Shown here: positions 46,843 to 56,573 of the stretch, piece by piece | How the letters are laid out: the number at the start of each line of letters is the position of its first letter | Position numbering within the stretch: position 1 is the stretch's first letter | Assembly: GCA_964591015.1 (NCBI GenBank) | Contig: CAZPXM010000004.1 | Location: 10,517 to 74,516, forward strand | Reading direction: 5' to 3' | From: an uncultured Gemmatimonadaceae bacterium | GTDB lineage: Bacteria > Latescibacterota > UBA2968 > UBA8231 | DNA length: 64,000 bases | Translations under genes and position numbers: made by a program | Notes under the pieces: generated by a model | What the model saw: the letters and a program-made list of their open reading frames with translations, nothing else | Databases searched by the model: none | What the model was told of the DNA's origin: nothing

Positions 46843-47190
46843 ATGGTCGGTCACTGGCTGCTGCGACTGATCGGGTCGAGTCTGGCTGTGTTCCTCGTGG
46901 CGCGGATCATGCCCACCGTGCGGGTGCGCAGCCTGCTCACCGCGGTCTGAGTGGCGCTGGTCTACGGAGTGCTCAAGTCGCTGCTGTGGTGGCTGCTGGT
47001 CATCCTGTCCCTGCCGCTGGTCGTGCTGACGCTCGGGCTGTTCCTGATCGTCATCAACGCCGCGCTGCTGTGGTTGACGGACAAGCTGATCAGCGGCTTC
47101 GAGATCCAGGGGTTCGGCAGCACGCTGCTGGCGTCGGTGCTCATCTCGGTTCTAGACCTGCTGCTGCGGCTGGCCCTGCCCGGCGTCTAG
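46843..47190 (+). pseudogene. DUF360/phage-holin-family-IV-like small membrane protein gene interrupted by an in-frame TGA
   Basis: MVGHWLLRLIGSSLAVFLVARIMPTVRVRSLLTAV-TGA-VALVYGVLKSLLWWLLVILSLPLVVLTLGLFLIVINAALLWLTDKLISGFEIQGFGSTLLASVLISVLDLLL. The two halves are in one frame. Together they give the ~115-aa YvlD/DUF360 pattern (LPLxxLTLGLFxLVINA). A TGA at 46948-46950 sits mid-helix. Confidence 0.5.
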
Positions 47191-47321
47191 GCCGGAGCGG
47201 AAGGCGGTCTGCAGCAGGCGTGCGGCACCGAGGAGCCCGGCCGGCCGTTCCGGACTGCGGCGGGAAGGCGGCGGCTGGCGGGTGTCGGATCGCTGGCGCG
47301 GCCCGCAGGGGGAGTGCGGCG

Positions 47322-47543
47322 ATGAGTTGGCAGCGACGTGTCCTGCGCGCCGCGCTGGCCGGCGCGTTGCTGGGCTTCGGACTGGTGGGTCTCACGCGCT
47401 GGCTTGGCGGGAGCTCGGCGGTCGGCACGGAGTGGTGGGCGCCTGCCGCACTGATCGCCCTGTCGCTGCTTGCCGTGACGGTGGGGCGCCGGATCAAGGA
47501 ACGTCGCAGCCACCGCGGCCAATCCATGAGAAAGTCCGAGTAA
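47322..47543 (+). CDS. small two-TM membrane protein (hypothetical)
   Basis: MSWQRRVLRAALAGALLGFGLVGLTRWLGGSSAVGTEWWAPAALIALSLLAVTVGRRIKERRSHRGQSMRKSE. 73 aa with two hydrophobic helices, ending 20 nt before the next gene's RBS. Confidence 0.3.
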   Translation: MSWQRRVLRAALAGALLGFGLVGLTRWLGGSSAVGTEWWAPAALIALSLLAVTVGRRIKERRSHRGQSMRKSE

Positions 47544-47562
47544 CGATAAAGGAGAGAATCAG

Positions 47563-48732
47563 ATGTACAGGATAGGCGAGCGCGAACTGGCGCGCCTTCG
47601 GCGGCTGTTCGAGAGCGGCAAGATATTCCGCTATGGGACCGGCAGCGAGGCGGACCTGTTCGAGGCCCGGTGGGCGCGGCACATCGGGGTGGAGCACTGC
47701 CGCCTGACCCGCAGCGGGACAGCAGCTCTGTACACGGCGCTGGTCGGGCTTGGCGTCGGGCCGGGCGACCAGGTGATCGTGCCCGCCTACACGTACATGG
47801 CCACGGCCCTGGCGGTGCTGGGAGCCGGAGCCATACCGGTGGTCGCCGATGTCGACTACTCGCTGACCCTCTCGCCGGTCGACACCGAGCGGCGCATCAC
47901 CCGCCACACGCGCGCCATCGTCCCGGTCCACATGGTCGGGCTTCCGTGCGACATGAAGTCCATCATGCGCCTGGCGCGGCAGCACGATCTGCTGGTGCTC
48001 GAGGACGCCTGCCAGGCAGTGGGCGGCGGGTACCAGGGCAAGATGCTCGGCTCGATCGGCCACGCTGGCGCCTTCAGCTTCAACTACTACAAGAATATCA
48101 CGTCGGGAGAAGGGGGAGCGTTCGTCACCGATGACCGAGCGGTGTACGAGCGCGGCTCGGTGGCGGTGGACTGCTGCTCGTTCTACTGGAATCCCGCCGA
48201 ACGACGCGAGGAGCTGCAGTTCGCCGGACACAACTTCCGCGGTTCCGAGCTCGAGGCCGCCGTGCTCAACGCGCAGATGGGGCGACTGCCGCAGATGCTG
48301 GCGAGGATGCGCGCGCACAAGCAGGAGCTGCTGGAGGTGGGGGCCCAGGTCGGGCTGAGGTCGATCAAGAACAACAGCCTGGAGCACGAGTGCGGTTCGC
48401 ACGTCGGTTTCCGCTTCGCCACCGAGCCACAGGCGCGCGGCTTCTGCGACAAGCTCCATGCGCAGGGCGTCAGCGCCTTCCTGCCGATGGACACGGGCCG
48501 CCATGTCTACACCCGCTGGGATCCGATCATGCGCTACCAGGGAGCCCACCATCCGGCGCTCGATCCGTTCAAGATTCCGGCCAACGCCGCGGCGCGGATC
48601 GAGTACACGGAGGACATGTGCCGGGCTTCCCTCGATATCCTGAACCGGACGGTGCTGCTGCCCATGCATCCAGACAACACCCGCGCGCGCCTCCGCAGGA
48701 TGGCCGAGGCCATCCGCAGGGCCGCTGGCTGA
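47563..48732 (+). CDS. DegT/DnrJ/EryC1/StrS-family PLP-dependent aminotransferase/dehydratase-like enzyme
   Basis: Strong RBS (aAAGGAGagaatcagATG). Signatures SGTAALYTALVGLGVGPGDQVIVPAYTY, LEDACQAVGGGYQGKMLGSIGHAGAFSFNYYKNITSGEGGAFVTDD and lysine region SFNYYK. Confidence 0.8.
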   Translation: MYRIGERELARLRRLFESGKIFRYGTGSEADLFEARWARHIGVEHCRLTRSGTAALYTALVGLGVGPGDQVIVPAYTYMATALAVLGAGAIPVVADVDYSLTLSPVDTERRITRHTRAIVPVHMVGLPCDMKSIMRLARQHDLLVLEDACQAVGGGYQGKMLGSIGHAGAFSFNYYKNITSGEGGAFVTDDRAVYERGSVAVDCCSFYWNPAERREELQFAGHNFRGSELEAAVLNAQMGRLPQMLARMRAHKQELLEVGAQVGLRSIKNNSLEHECGSHVGFRFATEPQARGFCDKLHAQGVSAFLPMDTGRHVYTRWDPIMRYQGAHHPALDPFKIPANAAARIEYTEDMCRASLDILNRTVLLPMHPDNTRARLRRMAEAIRRAAG

Positions 48733-48813
48733 GCAGGCGCCGGCGGGGGAGCGCGGTGGGCCGCCGTCGCCGACGCGCTGCGGCCGCGGCTCGCTCGACA
48801 AGGACGGGCTTCC

Positions 48814-49878
48814 ATGCGCAAGGAATCGCTGGCCTTTCTCCAGGCTGTTCTGGCCCAACCGAGTCCCTCCGGGTACGAGGGGCCGGTGCGCGAGGTCTGG
48901 CGGCGTGCCGTCAGCCAGTTCGCCGACCGCGTGGAGGTCGATCTCCACGGCAACGCGATCGCCGCGCTCCGTCCGCAGGGCAGGCCGCGGCTCATGCTGG
49001 CCGGCCACATGGACGAGCTGGGGCTCCAGATCGCCCACATCAGCGACGAAGGGTATCTCCACTTCAACACCATCGGCGGTTTCGATCCGACGATGATCGC
49101 CGGCCGCAAGGTGTGGGTCCACACGGCCCGCGGGCCCGTCCTGGGGGTCACCGGCCGGAAGGCCGTCCATCTGCTGACCAGCGAGGAGCGCGACAAGGTG
49201 CCGAAGACCCACGAGCTGTGGATCGACATCGGCGCCAAGGACGCGGCGGCGGCTCGCCAGCGGGTGGCGATCGGCGATCCGGTGACCTACGACCCGACCT
49301 TCGAGCTGCTGGGCGAAGGCCTGGCCGTGGCGCGCGGCTTCGATGACCGCATGGGCGCGTTCGTCGCCGCCGAGACGCTGCGGCGGCTGCGCCAGGGACG
49401 CGGGCGGCTGCGCGCCGGCGTGTTCGCGGTGGCCACCGTGCAGGAGGAGGTCGGACTGCGCGGCGCGCGGACCAGCGCCTTCGGCATCGACCCGCTCGTG
49501 GGCATCGCGATCGACGTGACGCACGCCTCGGACCACCCGGAGGTCGACAAGCGCAAGGTGGGCGATATCAGGCTCGGCGCGGGCCCGGTGCTCACCCGTG
49601 GCGCCAATGTCAACCCCAAGGTCTTCGCGCTGCTGATGCAGGTCGCGGCGGCGGCGCGCATCCCGGTTCAGGTGGAGGCCACCGCGGGCGGCACCGGCAC
49701 CGACGCCAACGCGATCCAGATCTCCCGGGCCGGCGTTGCCACCGGGCTGGTCAGCGTGCCGCTGCGCTACATGCACACTCCCGTCGAGGTGCTGTCGCTG
49801 GCCGATCTGGACGCCGCCTCCAGGCTGCTGGCGGCCTTCGCGCTGGCCCTCGACGAGAAGGTCGACTTCACCCCCTGA
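48814..49878 (+). CDS. M42-family metallopeptidase (glutamyl aminopeptidase/FrvX-like)
   Basis: LMLAGHMDELGLQIAHISDEGYLHF, RGFDDRMGAFV, ATVQEEVGLRGA and IAIDVTHASDHPEV are the metal ligands and fold of the M42/M20 co-catalytic family. Confidence 0.8.
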   Translation: MRKESLAFLQAVLAQPSPSGYEGPVREVWRRAVSQFADRVEVDLHGNAIAALRPQGRPRLMLAGHMDELGLQIAHISDEGYLHFNTIGGFDPTMIAGRKVWVHTARGPVLGVTGRKAVHLLTSEERDKVPKTHELWIDIGAKDAAAARQRVAIGDPVTYDPTFELLGEGLAVARGFDDRMGAFVAAETLRRLRQGRGRLRAGVFAVATVQEEVGLRGARTSAFGIDPLVGIAIDVTHASDHPEVDKRKVGDIRLGAGPVLTRGANVNPKVFALLMQVAAAARIPVQVEATAGGTGTDANAIQISRAGVATGLVSVPLRYMHTPVEVLSLADLDAASRLLAAFALALDEKVDFTP

Positions 49879-49919
49879 GCGGCCCCCCGCCGGGGCGGCA
49901 GCAGAACGAGAGGCGCGCC

Positions 49920-51026
49920 ATGAGAATCACCAGCGTGGATGTCTGGACAGTGGTGGTGCCGACCATTCCGGGGCGGGTGCACAGCCCCGAGTGGGTCCCT
50001 GAGACCGGCTGGGATCAGGTGCCCAAGCAACTGCTCCGGCTCAACACGGATACGGAGCTGTGCGGCATCGGCGAGACCGGGCGCGGCGTGCCGTTGGACG
50101 AGGTGCGCGCGGGCGCGGGGCGGCTGCTGGGCGCAGATCCGGAGCGGCTGCCGCTGCAGAGCATCTTCGCGGCGGCGGCGGCGGCTCCGGACGAATGGGC
50201 ACAGGGGGAGGCCGGACCGGCCTACCATGCGTTCGAGATGGCCGTGCTCGACCTGGTGGGCAAGGCGCGCGGCGTGCCCGTGCACGCGTTGCTGGGCGGC
50301 GCGGTGCGCGAGCGCGTACGTGCCGACTACTGGATCGGGCACCAGACGCCCGAGCACGGCAAGCGCAGCGTGGAGCGGGCCCTGGGGCTGGGCTTCAAGG
50401 GGGTCAAGATCAAGTGCCGCATCGAGGAGCCCCTGGTCGATCGGCTGCGGGCCATGCTGGAGGTGGCCGGGCCGGAGTTCAAGGTGACCGTCGACCCGAA
50501 CGAGCGCTTCCATACTGCGGCGCAGACCATCGAGCTGGCGCAGCAACTGGAGCCGCTGGGCAACGTCGAAGTACTCGAGGATCCGATTCCCAAGAGCGAT
50601 CTGGAGGGGTACGCGGCCATCCACGCGGCCGTTCGCCTGCCGGTGGCCATGCATCTGGGCAGCGGCGCGCCGATGCTCGCCGCGCTGCGGGCCGGCGTCG
50701 TCGACTGCTTCAACCTCGGCGGGGGGTTGTTCGGGTTCCAGCGCCACGCGGCGATCGCCGCCGCGGCCGGCATGCGGTGCTGGCATGGCTCGGGCAACGA
50801 CCTGGGCATCATGGACACCTCGTTCATCCATGCGGCCGCCGCCGCGCCGAACTGCACCATGGCATCCGACTTCGTGGGCAGCTGGACGCGCGCGGACGAT
50901 CTCATCGTCGAGCCCATCCCCTTCGCGGACGGCTGCACGCCCGTGCCGCAGCGACCCGGGCTGGGCTGCGAGCTGGACCTGACCGCTTTGCCGCGCTACT
51001 GCCGCGCGCACGAGACCGTGAGGTGA
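49920..51026 (+). CDS. enolase-superfamily enzyme (MR/MLE family; racemase/epimerase or dehydratase)
   Basis: MRITSVDVWTVVVPTIPGR...KIKCRIE...TVDPNERF...LEDPIP...CFNL. Second MR/MLE paralogue in the island. Confidence 0.75.
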   Translation: MRITSVDVWTVVVPTIPGRVHSPEWVPETGWDQVPKQLLRLNTDTELCGIGETGRGVPLDEVRAGAGRLLGADPERLPLQSIFAAAAAAPDEWAQGEAGPAYHAFEMAVLDLVGKARGVPVHALLGGAVRERVRADYWIGHQTPEHGKRSVERALGLGFKGVKIKCRIEEPLVDRLRAMLEVAGPEFKVTVDPNERFHTAAQTIELAQQLEPLGNVEVLEDPIPKSDLEGYAAIHAAVRLPVAMHLGSGAPMLAALRAGVVDCFNLGGGLFGFQRHAAIAAAAGMRCWHGSGNDLGIMDTSFIHAAAAAPNCTMASDFVGSWTRADDLIVEPIPFADGCTPVPQRPGLGCELDLTALPRYCRAHETVR

Positions 51027-51033
51027 GCGGGCC

Positions 51034-51816
51034 GTGCCGCGAGTTGCCGTGGTGGCTCATCGAGGGTTCTCGGGCGCCTATCCGGAAAACACCGCCAGTG
51101 CCTTCGCGGCGGCCATCCGCCTGGGCGTCGAGATGATCGAGTTCGACGTGCGGCGGACGCTGGACGACGGCCTCGTGTGCATCCACGACCCCACGGTCGA
51201 CCGCACGTCGGACGGCACCGGGACCGTGGCCGAGATGCCGCTGGCTGCCCTGCGCGAGCTGGATGCCGGCGGCTGGCTGGCGCCGCAGTTCGCCGGCGAG
51301 CGCTTCGTCACCTTGCAGGAGGCTCTCGACCTCATGCCGGCCGGCGTGCGACTCAACGTGCACGTGAAGGCCGGCGCCGACGACCGCCAGCGCGTGGTGC
51401 CGGCCGTCGCCGCCGAGCTGGCGCGGCGAGGTCTGCTCGCCAGGGCGTTCATCGCCAGCGATCAGGAATCGCTCGTGCTGGCGCGCCGGGCGGTTCCCGA
51501 GCTGGTCCTGTGCAACCTCAGCGTGGAGCCGGTTGCCGACTATGTGGCCCGCTCGGCCGCCATCGGCTGCCGGGTCCTCCAGCCCGGCAACGGCGTCACC
51601 ACGCCGGAACTGGTCGCCGCGGCGCACCGCGCCGGCATGGAGGTGAACCCCTTCTACGCCGACGATCCCGGCGAGATGCGGCGGTTGATCGAGTGTGGCG
51701 TGGACGGCATCCTCACGAACTGGCCCGATCGCCTGCAGCGGCTGCAGCGCGCCCGCGTCGAAGTGGGACCCGAGGCGCCGGCGCCCGGCGGGAGCGATGG
51801 GCACCCTGCCGGTTGA
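51034..51816 (+). CDS. glycerophosphodiester phosphodiesterase family protein
   Basis: VAHRGFSGAYPENTASAFAAAIRLGVEMIEFDVRRTLDDGLVCIHD is the GDPD catalytic signature (HRG...E.D...H). The gene starts 8 nt after the preceding stop. Confidence 0.8.
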   Translation: MPRVAVVAHRGFSGAYPENTASAFAAAIRLGVEMIEFDVRRTLDDGLVCIHDPTVDRTSDGTGTVAEMPLAALRELDAGGWLAPQFAGERFVTLQEALDLMPAGVRLNVHVKAGADDRQRVVPAVAAELARRGLLARAFIASDQESLVLARRAVPELVLCNLSVEPVADYVARSAAIGCRVLQPGNGVTTPELVAAAHRAGMEVNPFYADDPGEMRRLIECGVDGILTNWPDRLQRLQRARVEVGPEAPAPGGSDGHPAG

Positions 51817-51856
51817 GGCGCTCGACCACGACACCAGCCACGGAGAACGAACCGGC

Positions 51857-53575
51857 ATGTCAGGCGCAACGTGGGCGGACTGGTACCGCGCGCTGCGCAC
51901 CGGCGCCTTGACGCCGGCGCTGGCGCGCTACTACGGCGACAGCGAAGTGCCGCGCTGGCTGGCGATCTACCAGCAGGCGCTGGACCGCTTCGCGGCGGCC
52001 TACGGCACGCACGGCCAGGTGGTGCTCGCGCGGTGTCCCGGCCAGATGAACGTGATGGGCTGCCACATCGACTACGGGGGCATGCCCTCGATCCGCATGG
52101 CGGTCCGTGGGCGAGACACCCTCACGGTCATCCGGCAGCGGGATGACGGCCGGGTCCGCCTGTGCAACGTCCTCGACTATCCGGGCGAGCCAGCCGACCG
52201 CTTCGCGCCGATCGAGTTCGAGCTGGAGCCGCTCTTGCCGGCGGAGCGCGTCGCTGCCCGCCAGGCGCTGATGGACTACGCAGCCCGGGTCTGCGCGGAG
52301 CGCCAGGCGCGCACTGGCCGCAGCCAGGTGGACGACTGGGCGGTGCTGGTCCAGGGCATGCTGATCTTCCTGGAGTCGTACTTCCGCGGCCGGGTCCGGC
52401 TCGGGGGCTTCGAGGGGCTGGTCTGGAGCAACGTGTCGCCCAGCGGGGGGATGAGCTCCTCCTCGGCGCTGGTGATATCGACCGCCTGCGCGGCCATGGG
52501 GGTCCATGGTCTCGACCCGCGCCGGGACATCCCGCTGGCCGACCTCGTGGACGGTGTGGGGACCTCGGAGTGGCTCCGCGGGACTCGCGGCGGAACGGCC
52601 GATCACGGGGGGATGGTGATGGGGCGCGCGGGCAAGCTGGTCAGCGTCGGCGTGTTCCCGGCCAGCCCGCAAGGCGAAGCCGAGCTGCCGCCGGACTATG
52701 TCGCCTTCGTGGCCGACAGTGGCGTCCCGCGGATCTACGACGACAGCGTCAAGGAGGAGACGGTCATCGCCTACCCGCTGGGCACGTTCGTCGTCCGCGA
52801 CCTGCTGCTGCCGCGGTTGCAGGCCGACCCGGAGTTCGCCGGCCTGGTGTCCGACTACGCCAGGCGGATCGACCTCGTCCGCGACATCACCGCAGCCAAT
52901 CTGGGTCTGGGCCTGGCGGCGATCTATCGACTGCTGGCCGCCGTGCCGCGCCGGACGTGCCTGGCCGCGCTGGAGCGCTGGGCAGAGGAGGCGGGTGCGG
53001 CCGCCGCCTACCGGGCGATGTGGGAGCGCGAGGTAGCCGGCAGGTTCCCGCACATCACCCCCGACTATCCCATCAAGCTGCGGCGGCGCTTCGTGTACGG
53101 CCTGGCGGAGCAGGATCGCGTGCGGCAGGTGATCGAGTACCTGAACCGTGGCGACATGGCCACGGTCCTCGAGCTGGTGCGGATCGCGCACGAGGGGGAT
53201 CACGACCGCGAGGTCGAGGACGAGGTGCTCGCCGCGCTGGCGGCGGGCGCGCGCGCCGGCGAGGAGCGCGCCCGGCTGTGCTTCTTGCCCGGGGGGTACG
53301 GTCGCATGACCCCGGAGTACGACCGGGTCGTGCACACCATCAACGATTTCCTGCTGGCGGACGGCGGCCCCACGGCCGGTTCGGTCCAGCGCTTCGGGGC
53401 GGGCTGGGGCGGCAACATTGGCGGCCTGATACGCCGCGACTACGTGGCGGGCGGCCGCCGCGCGGCCTTCGGGCGGCTGTTGCGCGACGAGCTGGGCATC
53501 CTGGTCGATCCGGCCGACTGCGTCGCCACGGCGGGCGAGGGGGCGTGCCTGGTGACGCCGCCGGCGACCGGCTAG
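51857..53575 (+). CDS. GHMP-family sugar kinase (galactokinase-like) with ~190-aa C-terminal extension
   Basis: From MSGATWADWYRAL. Galactokinase signature GQMNVMGCHIDYGG (cf. PGRVNLIGEHTDYNGG) and GHMP ATP motif PSGGMSSSSALV. Longer than canonical GalK. The ATG at 51797 is an alternative start. Confidence 0.7.
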   Translation: MSGATWADWYRALRTGALTPALARYYGDSEVPRWLAIYQQALDRFAAAYGTHGQVVLARCPGQMNVMGCHIDYGGMPSIRMAVRGRDTLTVIRQRDDGRVRLCNVLDYPGEPADRFAPIEFELEPLLPAERVAARQALMDYAARVCAERQARTGRSQVDDWAVLVQGMLIFLESYFRGRVRLGGFEGLVWSNVSPSGGMSSSSALVISTACAAMGVHGLDPRRDIPLADLVDGVGTSEWLRGTRGGTADHGGMVMGRAGKLVSVGVFPASPQGEAELPPDYVAFVADSGVPRIYDDSVKEETVIAYPLGTFVVRDLLLPRLQADPEFAGLVSDYARRIDLVRDITAANLGLGLAAIYRLLAAVPRRTCLAALERWAEEAGAAAAYRAMWEREVAGRFPHITPDYPIKLRRRFVYGLAEQDRVRQVIEYLNRGDMATVLELVRIAHEGDHDREVEDEVLAALAAGARAGEERARLCFLPGGYGRMTPEYDRVVHTINDFLLADGGPTAGSVQRFGAGWGGNIGGLIRRDYVAGGRRAAFGRLLRDELGILVDPADCVATAGEGACLVTPPATG

Positions 53576-53641
53576 CTCAGGGCCGCGGGCCCCGGCGGCT
53601 GCCGCGGTCGCCGGGCTTCGCGGCGACGGTCGAGGCGCCGC

Positions 53642-55207
53642 TCAGGCGCGGGAGCGCAGGAAGCGCCCGGGAGGCGGTGCCAGGTCGTCGGCGGGCTGGC
53701 CGTCGCGGATGACGCGCACCCCGTTCACCAGGACCTGCTCGATCCCTGTACAGCGCTCGTGGGGCCGCTCGTACGTGGCGCGATCGGCCACCGTGCGCGG
53801 GTCGAACACGACGATGTCGGCGAAGTTGCCTTCGGCGAGGACGCCGCGCCCGCGCACGCCGAAACGCTCGGCGGGAAAGCCGGTGAGCTTGCGCACCGCC
53901 TGCTCCAGCGAGAACAGGCGGCGGTCGCGCGCGCACCGGCCCAGCAGCCGCCCCGTGCTGCCGTAGACCCGTGGATGGACCGCCGCGTCCGGGAAGTAGA
54001 TCCCGTCGGTGCTCAGCATGCAGCGGTCGTGCGCCAGGAATGGTTCGACCAGCGCGTCGTCGCCGTGGTGAAACACCAGCAGCACGGCCAGGTTCTCCTC
54101 GATGAGCAGCTCGGCCAGCGCGGCTGCGGGCGGCTTGCCCACCGCGGCGACGTAGTCGCTGAGCAGCCAGCCGACGTACTGCCCGTTCTCCCGTCCGGGC
54201 AGCCACGCGATGTGCACGTTCTCCAGAGGATAGGCGGCCAGCGAGCGGGCGAACTGGGCGCGGACCTGCGGCTGGAGCAGTCGCGGCGCGACGGCGAGCG
54301 GTCCGGCATCGAAGACCTCGTAGGGCAGCATGTAGTTCAGCATGGTGCACCCGGGCAGGTACGGGTACACGTCGAAACTGAAGTCGACCTCGTTGGCGGC
54401 CACGGTGTCCACGTAGCGGAGCAGGGCATCCGTGTCGCGCTGGTTGGTCGCCTTCATGTGCGACACGTGGACGGGCACGCCGGCGCGGCGGCCGATCTCC
54501 ACGGCCTCCTGCACGCCCGGCAGAGTCCCTTTCAGGTAGCGGACGTGGCTGACGTACACGCCGTGCCAGGGGGCCAGCGCCCGGCAGACCTCCACGAGTT
54601 CGTCCGTGCTGGCACAGGCCTGCGCGAGGTAGTCCAGGCCAGTGGACAGACCCACGGCGCCTGCCTCCATCGCCTCCTCGACCTGCCAGATCGCCGCGCG
54701 CATCTGGAAGTCGTCCAGCGGCAGTCTGCCGAACCCGGCGACCAGCGAGCGCACATTCCCGTACGGGAGGTGCAGCATGCTGTTCTGGGCTGTCCGACCG
54801 TGCAGCAGCTCACCGTAGTCCCGCACGCTGCGCCAGCCGCCATAGTGCTGGAACTGCAGCCCGTTCAGCGCTCGCACGTAGTAGATCCACTCGGGCGCGG
54901 TGCGCTCGTCCACGGGCGCGTAGGAGATGCCGTCGGCCATCAGCAGCTCGGTGGTGAAGCCCTGGCTGGTCTTGGGGGCGAAGTTCGGCTCCCGCAGCAG
55001 CCAGCCGTCGGAGTGGTTGTGGACATCGATGAAACCGGGAGCCACCACCTTGCCGAGCGCCTCGATGACGAGCGGCGCTGTCGCGTCCCGCAGGTCGCCG
55101 ATGGCGGCGATCCGATCGCCGCGCACGCCCAGATCGGCGTCGAAGCGCGGGGCGCCGGTGCCGTCGATCAGGGTGCCGTGGCGGATGAGCGTGTCGAACG
55201 AGGTCAT
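53642..55207 (-). CDS. D-aminoacylase / N-acyl-D-amino-acid deacylase family amidohydrolase
   Basis: 521 aa from MTSFDTLIRHGTLIDGTG with RBS GGGAG. GFIDVHNHSD metal site, VSHMK carboxylated-lysine region and DAAVHPRVYGS (D-aminoacylase family pattern). The N-terminal 129 aa of the track ORF were excluded. Confidence 0.75.
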   Translation of the reverse strand: MTSFDTLIRHGTLIDGTGAPRFDADLGVRGDRIAAIGDLRDATAPLVIEALGKVVAPGFIDVHNHSDGWLLREPNFAPKTSQGFTTELLMADGISYAPVDERTAPEWIYYVRALNGLQFQHYGGWRSVRDYGELLHGRTAQNSMLHLPYGNVRSLVAGFGRLPLDDFQMRAAIWQVEEAMEAGAVGLSTGLDYLAQACASTDELVEVCRALAPWHGVYVSHVRYLKGTLPGVQEAVEIGRRAGVPVHVSHMKATNQRDTDALLRYVDTVAANEVDFSFDVYPYLPGCTMLNYMLPYEVFDAGPLAVAPRLLQPQVRAQFARSLAAYPLENVHIAWLPGRENGQYVGWLLSDYVAAVGKPPAAALAELLIEENLAVLLVFHHGDDALVEPFLAHDRCMLSTDGIYFPDAAVHPRVYGSTGRLLGRCARDRRLFSLEQAVRKLTGFPAERFGVRGRGVLAEGNFADIVVFDPRTVADRATYERPHERCTGIEQVLVNGVRVIRDGQPADDLAPPPGRFLRSRA

Positions 55208-55730
55208 GTTCCCCGATTCTCCCGCGGTGTGCGCGCGTGGGCGTGGCATGCGAGCGGGACCACTGGCGAGCGGCAGGCAGCGGCGCGAGCGCGGCGCGAG
55301 CACGGCCCTGGCGCGGGCCGCGCACGGGCCGGGCAGGCCCGAACCGGACGGGCGGACTGGCAGCCGAGGCCGCGGCGGCAGGCAAGATACCGCGGCTGCC
55401 GGACACCGGCAACGCGCGGGTTCGGCAGGCCGCGCCCGCCGGGAGCATCCTCCCGCTGGCGCTCTCGAGGACGGTCTGGCGACGCGTCCGGCCCGGCTGG
55501 CCGCTCGGCGGTACCAAGCTGGTCTTCCCCTGCATGGGGGGCGGTCCTCGCCGCGCTCGCGCCTCGGCCGCTGCGCCCCCGCATTGCTTGACACCCCTGG
55601 GCACCCGCCCTATCCTAAGCCGCACTCCGGACGCCGGCGGCCGCCAAGCTTCCGCCGCAGCAAGGTCGAGCGGGCCGGCTGTGGGGCGGCCGGGCCCAGG
55701 TGCGCAGCGTGCCAGCGAAAGGGTGCTCCC

Positions 55731-56573
55731 GTGCGCGTGATCGATCCCCACGTCCATGTCTGGAAGAACGATCCAGCGTTCCCCTGGCCAGCGGAGACCA
55801 CCCGGCCGCCCGCGGAGGACCGCACGGCCGAGATGCTCCTGGAGCTGATGGCCGCCAACGGGGTGGAGCGGACGGTGCTCGTGCAGGTCATCCATTACCG
55901 CTGGGACAACAGCTACGTGGCCGACTGCCTGCGCCGGTACCCCGGCACGTTCATGGGTGTGGGCCGCGTGAACCCCGAGGACCCGGCGGCCCCCGACCAC
56001 CTGAGCAGATGGACAGAGGAGCACGGCCTGCATGGAGTCCGGCTGAGTCCGGCGGTGGACGCTCGTGGTGACTGGTTCCGAGGGCCGCTGATGCCGCCGC
56101 TGTTCGCCCGGGCGGCGCAGCTGGGTGTGCCGATGCTGATCCTCACCGGCCCCCAGCGCCTGCCGGATCTGGCGCGCCTGATCGAGCGGCAGCCGGACCT
56201 GGACGTGGTGATCGATCACATGGCCGACGTTCACCCGGGCGACGCGGCCGGGCGCCGGCTGCTGGTCGACATGGCCCGCTACCCGCGGGTGTTCGTCAAG
56301 ATCAGCCACACGTGGTCGTTGTCGCGCGAGGAGTACCCCTGGCGGGACACGCACGGCCTGGTCGAGGAGGTGTACCAGGCCTTCGGTGCCCAGCGGCTGA
56401 TGTGGGGCACGGACTGGCCGGTGTGCCTGGCCCGCGCCTCCTATCCGCAGACCTTGGCCGTCGTTCGCGACGCCATGGCCTTCTTCACACCAGAGGACCG
56501 CGAGTGGATTCTGGGCAAGACGGTGCTGCGTCTGTGGCCCTTCGACCGCGGCGAGCGAGGAGCGAGGCGATGA
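55731..56573 (+). CDS. amidohydrolase-2 family metal-dependent hydrolase (lactonase/decarboxylase-like TIM barrel)
   Basis: GTG start (VRVIDPHVHVW). The IDPHVHVW and VIDHM motifs and the C-terminal WGTDWP are typical of PF04909 enzymes. Its stop overlaps the next gene's ATG (ATGA). Confidence 0.65.
   Translation: MRVIDPHVHVWKNDPAFPWPAETTRPPAEDRTAEMLLELMAANGVERTVLVQVIHYRWDNSYVADCLRRYPGTFMGVGRVNPEDPAAPDHLSRWTEEHGLHGVRLSPAVDARGDWFRGPLMPPLFARAAQLGVPMLILTGPQRLPDLARLIERQPDLDVVIDHMADVHPGDAAGRRLLVDMARYPRVFVKISHTWSLSREEYPWRDTHGLVEEVYQAFGAQRLMWGTDWPVCLARASYPQTLAVVRDAMAFFTPEDREWILGKTVLRLWPFDRGERGARR

Noticed and set aside
43866-46844. 992-aa minus-strand ORF
   Set aside because: Antisense to the MauE-Trx and enolase-family genes. 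Low-complexity R/G/A/P translation.
46948-46950. TGA in DUF360 gene as selenocysteine codon
   Set aside because: No selenoprotein family is known for DUF360, the position is a hydrophobic membrane-helix site, and no obvious SECIS-like hairpin was seen immediately downstream. A pseudogene or sequencing error is more parsimonious. Kept as a finding but not called as Sec.
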